NCBI GenBank assembly: GCA_043228905.1
Contig: JBHGNT010000002.1
Location: forward strand, 16,678,001-16,742,000
Direction of reading: 5' to 3'
Origin: Azolla caroliniana
Taxonomy: Eukaryota > Plantae > Polypodiophyta
Length of the DNA stretch: 64,000 nucleotides
Under the pieces are notes generated by a model that did not search any database, was not told the DNA's origin, and saw nothing but the letters and a program-made list of their open reading frames with translations. Positions 50,903 to 60,683 of this stretch are shown here, one piece after another. Made by a program: the position numbers and the translations under genes. Numbering within the stretch: the first letter of the stretch is position 1; every line of letters begins with the position of its first letter.

Positions 50903-51269
50903 GTCTGTGTCGAGGTCGGATTGTGGTGGTGAGGTTGGATGGTGATGAGAGTGAGAGAGAGAGAGAGAGAGTTCAGAAAGCGGGGGTTCTCTGTGCGTAG
51001 GTTCTCGTCTGATGATCTGCCAACGCCTTGGTGCTTATGTGCTCCTGGGTTCGTGAAATGAGAAGGTCTCCATGCGTTGTGGTTTTTCTTTGTGCATTCT
51101 GGCGCCTTTTTCGAGCGTGTGCACGTCGTGTACTAAAATAGCATTATGTCCTGTGGCGGCGCTTAAATGCCCACTACGTACCTTTTCGCTCCTCGCTCTC
51201 TTGTCCGTTCATACCTCGCTTTTGCATTATTACTTCGCTTTTTTTTTTTTTTTTTAATGTAGTGTGAGG

Positions 51270-54225
51270 TTACTTGTCTGTTGGTCCTGTCGGACCCTTA
51301 CCGGCCTCATTACGGTTTGCCGTCGCCTCATTGTCCCCAGTTATCGGCTTGCCGTCTCCTCCGTCTTGGTGGTTGCCGTTTCCCTCACAGGTTGCCGTTT
51401 CCGCACCGGTTCCCAATCCGGTGTCGGTCCTTTGCTCAAATGGGTTCTTGGGCATCGGTCCTCTATATGGCTTCAATCTGAATCCGTTAACCCATTTTCC
51501 TAGCACTTCGCCGGCAAGTGTCCCTAACTGGTAGGACCCATTATACTCACGTGTCAGCCAATACGGGCCGGTCCATCTAAACCGTAGTTTACCCGGCATC
51601 TTGCCCATCCGGATCTGAAATACTAACACCGGCTTGCCGATTTCGAACATTTTTTCATTTCCTTTCCTGTGCCGGTCGACAAATGCTTTCCGTCACTGTT
51701 GTTCCAATTCTAAGTGCAGGATGCTTGCCAGTCGTTGTTCCTCGAGTTCACACAGCGTTGTTAACCGTATTGCCTCCGACCCCTTCTCCTTCAGCCGTTC
51801 CCGTAGCTGGATCCATAAGCTTGGTACTTGGAATTCAACCGGCATGACCGCCTCTAGTCCGAACGCTAACCGGAACGGTGTTGTTCAGATGCTCGTTTTG
51901 TATGTTGTCCGGTATGCCCAAAGCGCGCTATGTAGCTTGGTATCCCAATCCGTTCGGTTTTCGTTAACGATCTTCCGGAGGATATTCTGGAGCGTTTTGT
52001 TCGTCGACTCAGCTAACTCGTTTGCTTGCGGATAGTACGGTGTGCTCCGTTTATGGACAACGGCATAGAATGTCGTCAGGCTTTCAACTACTTGGCCGAG
52101 AAAGTGCCCCCCTTGGTCTCTTATTAATTCGATTGGGCATCCGTAACGGCACCAAATGTATTCGTATAGAAATTTTGTCGTTGACGCAACGGTGTTGTCT
52201 CTTAAGGCTTTGGCCTCCACCCATTTCGTGTAGTAATCCGTCGCGACGATGATGTACCAATTACCTGTTCTCATTGCCGGTGGTTTGAACGGTCCAACAA
52301 AGTCCAGCCCCCACTTCTGGAATGGTTCGAGTGGTAGTACAGGCTGGTGTGGCATCCGAGCTTGCTCCGTTGGCTGGCCCATTCGCTGGCATAGGTCACA
52401 TTCTTTTGCATACCGTACAGCATCTCTTAATGTAGTTGGCCACCATAGGCCACTTTGCCATATTTTCCTGGCCGTCGCATCTCCGGCATAGTGACCTCCG
52501 GCAACTCCGCAGTGGGCTTCCCTCAGTATGAGGTCCTTTTCACTGCTACGAACAGCTCGTCTCCATATGTCGTCCGTGCCCTTGTGGTAAAGTGTGTCTC
52601 GCAGTAAGCAGAAATGTCGTCTTTGCACCGCCAGGCGTTTCCTTTCGTCCCGGTTCATCTCCTCCGGAGGCAGTCTTGTGCTCAGAAACTGGTGCATATT
52701 TGTGAGCCACTTGTCTTCCTGCGCCACCGTTTCTTCTGTTGTTGTTTCCGTAGTGACTCGAAACAGCTCCGCATCCGGAAACTCGTCCGCTACTCCGTCG
52801 CCCGTCTCTCCGGACTCTAGACAACTTAAATAATCCGCTACGGCATGCTGTATACCGGGTCGGTGGAATATTTCGAACTCAAATTCCTGTAACAGTAAGG
52901 TCCACCGGGCCAACTTACCGGTGAGTGATGCCTTGGACACCAGGTAGAGGAGTGCCGAATGATCTACATGGAAGGAAAACTTCCTTCCCAATAAATAATG
53001 CCAAAACTTTGTCACACTGTAGATCATCCCTAGAGCTTCCCGTTCCGTGGTAGAGTAGTTCCATTCCGCTTGGGATAGCTTTCGGTTGGCATAGTACACT
53101 GGCCGGTACCACTTTGGCTCCGTAAGCTGCACCAGTGCACTTCCGATTGCGATGTCAGAGGCGTCCACGAACACATGAAATTCTTTACTCCAATCCGGAG
53201 GCTGCACTACCAGTGCTTGCGACAATAGTACCTTGATGGCCCTATACGCCCTATCCTCGGTGCCGGTCCACTGGAATGGTGTTCGATGTACCGCAGCATG
53301 CAACGGTGTAGCCAGGTCGGCCAAGTATCGGAGCATCCGGCTGTTCCACCGGATCTGGCCTAAGAACCGGCTCAATGCCTTTGCCGTTGCCGGCGCCAGT
53401 GCTTCTAATATGGCTTTCACTTTGTCCGGGTCGACTGCAATGCCTTCCTTGCTCTCAATATGTCCTAGTAGGGTTCCACTGGACACGCCAAATACACACT
53501 TCGCCGGATTCAAGCTTAGCCGGTACGCTCTACACTTTTCTAGACAAAGACGGAGGTGCTGCAAATGATCCTCTTCCCGGCTATAGATGGCAAAATCGTC
53601 AAGGAAAAAGTGCATAAAAGCCGGGATATATTCACCAAGGATTTCCATGATGATTCGTTGGAATTTTGTCGGTGCCGTTTTGAGTCCGAACATCATCACC
53701 ACGGCCACAAACACCCCCCATTCGGTGACGAAAGCCGTTTTCTCTTGGTCGTCGGGGTGCATCCGGATCTTATTATACCCACTGAATCCATCTAGAAAGC
53801 TATAGACCTCATGGCCGGCGACGGCATCCAACACTCCATCTGTGAACGGAAGTGGAAACGCATCCGTTACCGTAGCCGCATTGAGTTTCCGGTAGTCCAC
53901 ACAAACTCGAATTTTTCCGTTCTTCTTCGGTACGACTACGATCAAGCTCAGCCATGTCGCTTTCTTTACCGGACGGATAAAGCCAACTCTTAGCAGTTTG
54001 TCGATTTCCTCCTTGACTTTGGCAGCATAATTGGGATTCATCCGGTACCGTATTTATGCCGCTAGTTTTGCGTCCTTGCTCAAGTGAATCTGATGCTGGT
54101 ATAACTGAGGGTCGAGCCCTCGCATGTCTTCGTATGACCAGGCAAACACGTCACGAAATTCCGTGAGAAGTGTGATCATCGTCGTTTTGTCTTCGGACTT
54201 CATCTCCTTGGCGATGCTTTGCAAT
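51270..54225 (-). pseudogene. Pol (RT-RNase H-integrase) of element F
   Basis: Motifs FLDGFSGYN, MMFGLKTAP, FLDD, FVDASDIAIG, HCGVAGGH..CDLC, WGLDFVGP and RWTGPY. One 718-aa segment is open. Confidence 0.92.
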
Positions 54226-55547
54226 TGGACGGCTCTATTTGTCGGACGGGCGGTGCTTGCCGGTTCAATAGATTATACTCGCACCTATCCGTCGTATGGC
54301 CCTTGGATTGACAGATTACACATTGCGTCCTCATAGTGCATTCTAGTGCCGAGTGTCCGGAATTCAAGCAGGTTGTGCACTGTATTGCTTGCCGAAACCG
54401 GAGGTCTTCATCGGACGGTAACGCCCGTTGGAGTGCTCCCAGTGTGAGCCAGGAGCTTGTCTTTTCCATCTCTCACCCGTTCAATGACCTGGTCGATGGT
54501 ACTTGCGCGGAAGTCAATTACCATGCAAACCGTGCGTAGGGGTTCCCGGAGCGCATTTAGGAATATAGTCCGTAATTCCTCCTCCGGGGGTGCGCGGGCA
54601 AGCTGACTATGCATCCGTTGAAACCAGATGACAAACTGGGGAATGCTCTCCCCTTCCTCCTGTTGGATGGTATGAAACAAGCCCACCATTACTGTCTGGT
54701 CCACCTCCTTGTGGAAAAAATGCAAGAATTTAGCTTTTAAATCTGCGAAGGTGGTGATGGTAGACGGGTCCTGCGTCCGGCGCCATCTTGCTGCCGGTGC
54801 CTCCAATGTGACGCCAAATTCCACTATCTTAGAGCGTTCCTCTTCCTCCGGGGTCAATCGCTGAGACACATGGTTTTCTTCCCATGTCTGTTCAAAGGCG
54901 TGACCATGAGCTTCCGCGTCCGGATCATCTCTATACTTGGAGTACTGGAACGGCATGTCGTCGTCTGGTATCGGTGCGCGGGTTGGTGGTGTTGGTGGTC
55001 ATTCCTGGTTTTTCTCCGGCGTCGGTGGTCGTTCCTTATTTGTCTCCGGCGTCGGTGTTCTTTCCTCTTCTTTTGGTGACGGAGGCCTCTCCTCCTCGAC
55101 TTCCGGTGTCGGAGGTTGCTCTTCCTCTGCTTCTAGTTCCGGAGGTTCCAGCCTTAGCACTTCCGGTTCCGGTATCGGTAAGGTGTCTGATCCTTCGTCC
55201 TCCGGTCCGCCCGGGGTGTCGTTGCTGCTACGGTAGTTCGTGTGCACGTTGTATCCCCCCTCGGAATCTGATTCATACGCTGAAAAGGCTTCTGCTTCAC
55301 CTTCTCCGCTTGCCAACGCATGGAGAAGGGATTCGGTTTCCCGGAGGCTGCTTAGGCTGCTGCCGTCGTCCGGGTGCGATGTTTGCTGTAACCGAAGGGA
55401 CTCCTCCGCTACTCTCCAGATTACGTTGGAAAACGAGCGATCCGCTCTAATTTCCTACGCCGCTTGCTGGAAAGCCTCACGTCTCCTTTGCCTTTCGGCA
55501 AGGCATCGAGTTCGATCTATAACCAGGTTGTGCGTTGATCTAGTCAT
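54226..55547 (-). pseudogene. Gag of element F
   Basis: RPPTPE repeats, capsid-like region, and two knuckles CTTCLNSGHSALEC and CVICQSKGHTTDRC. Confidence 0.8.
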
Positions 55548-55582
55548 CCATTCATGCCGTCGTTCGCTGCAAAAACAGGAAT

Positions 55583-55593
55583 CGTGGTCGCCA
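55583..55593 (-). promoter_or_regulatory. Primer-binding site of element F, tRNA-Arg-like
   Basis: TGGCGACCACG a few bases from the LTR end; tRNA assignment from memory. Confidence 0.55.
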
Positions 55594-55600
55594 AAAACTG

Positions 55601-56037
55601 TGTTAACTCTTAGGGCCGGACAATGGCCTAACACAGGGTGTCTACGGAAGACACTTCACCAAAGGGGTGTTACGGCAAGAGGATTAGGCTCAACAATTAA
55701 TCCGACTTAATTAGGTCACTTAGCAAGATCGTCCTTAATAATCACACACGCGTAAGATATAACAATGAATGCAGAACGGCAATTAACACAGAGAGATAAA
55801 AATACTAAGCTTCATTAATTATCCACTCCTCATTACATTGTATCTGGGCCTTTAAATAGGTTTCTGGTTTGTAGTACAAAACGGTGCCATCCGCACCTGT
55901 TCGGGATCGGTCCGGATCCGGAACGGCATACCGATTCCGGTCCGTCCGTCCACACTAATAGCTTACTTACAACCATTCCTTAATAATTAAATAACTCCTT
56001 CGTTTTACACTCTGGACTCCTTTGCCGGCCGGTAACA
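55601..56037 (-). repeat. 5' LTR of element F
   Basis: TGTTACC...GTTAACA on the minus strand; repeated at 47777-48050. Confidence 0.9.
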
Positions 56038-56044
56038 ACCTCCA

Positions 56045-57665
56045 TGTTAAGAATTTTAAGCCTTACCACTGTACTAGCATATCATGAGTTTTAAAGTTAT
56101 ACTAAACTTTATCCCATGTAAATATTCTAGATAAGCATGATAGAAAAAATTATTCATGCATACACACTCAAGTTAAAAGAAAAGATGTGATAGAAAGCTA
56201 ATCATGCACATGTAGTGTGCATGAAAACTAAAGTTAGAAAAAGCATTATTGCTTGCATGTGATAAACTTAGACTCTTCCATCACTATATAAGGAAGAGAG
56301 AAAGATGTATAGGGGTTGTTGATTTTTTATAAGGGTGGATTAATATAAAATATTTGTGGGATTCACGATTTTGCCATCTATTTCTCTCTTACAATCTAAG
56401 TATCAATTAATACACTATACTCGTGGGATTCACGAGTTTCATATCTTCATCTTGCAATCTATTCATAACTAACCTTATCTCATATTCTTCTTTCTCCTAT
56501 TCCAAAACCCCAGCGGTTCCCACCCGACTCACGCAAACGATCCGGAGCAAAAGGCCTAATAACCTTCCCCTCGACGTGGTCCTTCAGCGATAGTCGCATA
56601 GACATTCACCCACTTATGCGATGTGCCTTTCCTTGTTCCGATGTTGGCATTACTCTAACCTTTGGTGATTGGTAGTTGTGGGAGTTCGTTTTGTTTGGAT
56701 GTTTTCATGGTCTGGATTTTGTCGAGATTGGTTGGAGGTGGTTGGGGTGTTGTTGCAATGGGTTTTGCTGACTTCACGCCATTCACAATTTGGAAGGAGA
56801 CGGTGTTCCTGCTTGGTGATAGTAGACAAGCACTCATGTGACACCAATCCAAACTGAGGAGGCAAGGTGTGTACAACACTTTCGGTGGAAGGACCCGAAC
56901 TTGAATGGAATGGGCACTATATTGTGTCGTGATTGTGCACTCGAAGGTTCAGAGGCAGCATGATGTGGATCCATCGAAGCCAAGGAAGTTGTCGTGGCAC
57001 ATTTCAAGGTTTGGGAACCCTAGACATGTTTCGAAGGAGAAGAGGTTTAGTGAGGCTCCGGTATTGATTACTGCCTTTAGAGGTATGTCGTTGGCGAAGC
57101 ATGGTAAGTGTGTTGTCACGACATTAGGGTCCATTAACCTGGCAATAGCTGCGAGGTGGATATCACAGTGTCGTTTTAATTTCACTTGTGCATTGTGAAG
57201 GTCAGTTTCGAGTTGGGCCATACGGCCTTCTGATGTTTTAAGTTTGGCTTCCACTTCGCGTTGTCGGGCTGTGAGTAGAGCTTCGAGGGTAAGGGGTCCG
57301 TAGTAGTGTTTTAGTTTGCTACCGTTGATGAATCCTGGGATGTCAATTCCTTCGAGTGTGCGTATTCGACATGCTCCTGTCATGGTAATCTCTGAGACTA
57401 CATACGAGCCTTTGCCCCATAATTTGAGCTTCTTTTTGTGTCGTTGAGAGGCAAATTTGAGGGCCATGTCCCCTTCAACTAGGTCTGCCACGCCTTTCTG
57501 TTGGTTTTCTCTTCCAAGAGTGCTTGGAATGCGAGTAGTCGAGTTTCTATTAGTTGTTCCAAGTTCTCTAGACGTGATGGGAGGGGGTTCCCATCCCATC
57601 ATTCTTGGATGGCTATCCTGAGGCTAGGGACAAGGAACTCAATGGGTGTACTGCCTCTTGTCCGT
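56045..57665 (-). mobile_element. Ty3/Gypsy element G 3' end: integrase C-terminus fused to an aspartic-protease-like domain, then PPT and 3' LTR
   Basis: YGQEAV.PIEFLVPSLRIA and WGKGSY..INGSKLKHYYGP, then AVINTGASLNLFS, GFDG and LLSLDWCH. PPT GAGGGGAAGG at 56563-56572; putative LTR 56045-56561. Confidence 0.78.
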
Positions 57666-58456
57666 TGTCGTGAAGAAAACCGTCCCTAGGCGGAATCGGT
57701 GCACCAAGGCGTGGGAACCGGTTCTTCGCACGCGCACGCTCCAAGTAGTACATAGAAGCGAGTTAGGAGGATAATCGACAGGAACGGGCCCTAACACAAG
57801 TGGAGACAAAGACCGCGCGAACAGTCTTTTCGGTCGCGCGCGCGAGCTAAGGAACTGTACGAGTCGGCGGCGTAACTACGCGGATGCGTGAAGAACGGAG
57901 CGGATCCCTGTTCAAAAGGGACAGGGAATAAAGCTGACAGGACGGCCTGCTCGTCGGCCTATATAAGGAGCAGGAAAGAGCTGTTGCAGGGATCTCGCGC
58001 AGAGAGGACGAAGTGCTGTCGGACCGTTTCTGGACGCTTCTCTCTCTGTTTCCTTCCTTCTCGAGCTCCATAGCTTTTCTGTGCAGGGTTCCGGGGAGGC
58101 TCGCGCTGTTTTGAGGAACGCCCGAGTGCTTCCGGCAGCACCTCCGACCTGCTACCCCTTGTGCGTCGAAGCGAACAAGCATCGGCATCTGTTCGCCGGC
58201 ATGTTCGGCTGTAGCCAACCTGTGCCCCATCGAGGGTTGTAGTCGTGTTAGCCATTTTCTTAATATACATATTTAGTCATTCGCATCTGTCTGTGTCGGT
58301 GTCTGTTCGCGTTCTCCGTGCTGAAGGGCCGAGTCCCTGTGTATCCCCGGTCCTGCGTAGCCGGTTCTCTCCCTTTCTCCTCCCTCGCTTGCTCTTTGGT
58401 TCGAGACCCCCGCGGTCCCGCCTCGTTTCCACACGCACTTGCGTAATATCTCGACA
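57666..58456 (+). repeat. 5' LTR of element E
   Basis: TGTCGTGAAGAAAACCGTCCC...CTCGACA; ends and R/U5 similar to the LTR of A. Confidence 0.88.
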
Positions 58457-58460
58457 TCTT

Positions 58461-58477
58461 TGGTGAACCCGACGTGA
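58461..58477 (+). promoter_or_regulatory. Primer-binding site, tRNA-Trp
   Basis: TGGTGAACCCGACGTGA. Confidence 0.85.
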
Positions 58478-58500
58478 AAGAGGCGGTAGAAGAGCAGAAG

Positions 58501-60627
58501 ATGAGGGGGTCGGATCTTGCAGAGGCCATGGCTTCGGCCGTGGATCGGATTGTAAACGCGCACGAGGGCACCGGTGCCCTCGACAGAGCCATTGAGGCGG
58601 TCGTCGGCACGATCGGCCGGTTCGATGGGAAGGATGCCACGAAGTATTTGGCGTCCTACGGTGCAGAGATGCTGATGCGGGACATTCCGGAAGAAAGGCG
58701 TCTTGCCAGATTTCCCCGAGTGGCGATGCCGAGCATCCATGCGGAGGTGCTCGAGGTGCGGGCGGAGAGCCGTACCTGGGAGGAGTTCGAAGGTCGGCTC
58801 CTAGAGAAATACGGGCTGGACGACGCGCTCCGGCTTTCGAAGTGAAGGTTCATGGAATGGGTGGAGTCCCCGGGGAAGGGAAGAAACGCGTCGGCACTCC
58901 TCCGGGAGTTCGAGGAAAACTTTGCGCGCCTTTCGGCGCTCGACCGAACCATCCTGGACACGAGCCGGGTCTTGCTGTTTGTCAAGTCGGTCGACGAGCG
59001 GGATCGGGAGCAAGTGGGCCTCTTGCTGGAAACCGAAGACGGGCTCACTACCGACTGGGCGGCTGTCAAAAAGGTCTGTGGCCGTTTCGACAAACGGCGA
59101 GAATGGGCAGATAACGGGGCAACCGGGTCGGGCTCGGTCGCAGCAAGGAAGCTCGAACCAGCGCCACAGGTGCGAGAGGAAGAGACCCGAGAGTGGTTGG
59201 AAACCGGTTCGGCTTCGACCGGCGTAGTCAGAGGCTCAACCGGAGGAGCGGCGCTGGAGGAATTGACGAGGGCGATAAAGGACCTCCAAATCGCGCAAGC
59301 CCGAAGGGAAGGTGGCGAACCGGCTCGTGACCGACGGCCGGCGGCAGGAAACAGGTGCATGTGGTGCGATGAAGTCGGCCACATTCGGAAGGACTGCGGC
59401 GACTTCGCGGAGGCGCTGAGGAACAGGGTGGTGTACCTGTGGGAAGGACGGGTGCATGCCAGCGACACCCGAAGGGCCTTGAGCCGAAACGACGGGCGAG
59501 GTGGTATGAAAAGGTTGATGGAAGAGGCGGCGGCCCGACATGCGGAAACCGTCCACTACTCGGCGTCGGGCGGCATTCGAGTTGGGGGCGGCGAGGCCCG
59601 AAGGGAAAGCAAAGCCGGATTCTGGCCGACGATGCTGGAAGGCCTTGCCGGTGCAAGGCTTAAAAGGGAGGAATCGGACCGTGCGGAGAAACGGGTACGG
59701 GAGATGACCGGGTGGAGCGACCCGGTCGAGGAAAAGACGGGCTTCGTGGAAGCCACTTGCCAGAACTACGAGGCTCTGGTAGAAGAGAAGCGGGTGGGGA
59801 AACCCGGGATGACCGGGCCCTCACAACGATACGAGACCCGGTCCGGGCCACGACGGGACGAAGCCGGCGGGGCCGGTACGCAAGATAAACCCCAGAAGGG
59901 CGGGTACCGTCTAGGGACGGAGATAGAAAGGACCACGGACTTAAGAAAGGTCCTGGAGGAACGGATCCTCGACAGCAAGGTGGAGCTGTCGTTACGAGAG
60001 GTGCTGGGAATCGCCAAGAAGGAGTTCCACGACTCCATCGTGGACTTGGTGAAACGGAAGAGGCTGTCAACGGAGACAGAACCGGAAAGACTGGTGGAAG
60101 TGCGGACGACGCACCTAGACGACATGGCGCTGGGAGACGAGTGGGCGGAAAGCCACTATTCGAGACCACACTGGGCCCGAGCGACCACGGAAACCCCGGT
60201 GAAGATCGGCGATGTCCAGGAACCGGTGATAGCTTTGGTGGACCACGGATCGGAGATCAATTTGATGTCCATGGACTTCTATAAGAAGGGTAAATGGCCG
60301 ATCAACACCAAGCACGGGTGGAAAATAAGGGCAGCAACGCGCGCCACCGAGGAACTGCACGGGGCCTGTCCGAATGTGCGAGTCAAGATCGGCGACGTCG
60401 AGATTGACCAGCACTTCTTCGTGCAGGAGACGTCTTCGCATCCGGTCATACTGGGAGAGCCGTACATCACGGCGGCGCGAATGGAGACCAAGGTGCTGGA
60501 CAATGGTTCGGCCTACGCGAGGGTCAAAAGCCAAGACGGGCGCCATTCGGTCCAGTTTCTGACGGTACGGCCGAACCACGAACGTAACCGCGAATCCCTC
60601 GGTTCCGAAAACCGAGAGGATTTTTAG
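58501..60627 (+). pseudogene. Gag-protease ORF of element E; one CGA>TGA stop at 58843
   Basis: Knuckle CMWCDEVGHIRKDC; protease ALVDHGSEINLM...PVILGEPYI; ends EDF-TAG. Confidence 0.9.
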
Positions 60628-60683
60628 AGAGGACTGCCAAGGCGTGGGGCCGCGACAGTCCAGATGCTCCGGGAAAACCCCAC
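60618..60683 (+). promoter_or_regulatory. Putative -1 frameshift signal (element E)
   Basis: GGATTTT at 60618-60624, spacer TAGAGA, stem GGACTG/CAGTCC; GTGGGG (60644) pairs with CCCCAC (60678). The -1 frame is open into the ORF at 60750. Confidence 0.78.

Larger units (their letters stand above)
47777..56037 (-). mobile_element. Non-chromovirus Ty3/Gypsy element F (Athila/Phygy-like) with an extra 3' ORF
   Basis: 5' LTR 55601-56037; partial 3' LTR 47777-48050, matching 55764-56037. PBS, gag, RT-RH-IN and ORF3 are all on the minus strand. Confidence 0.92.
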
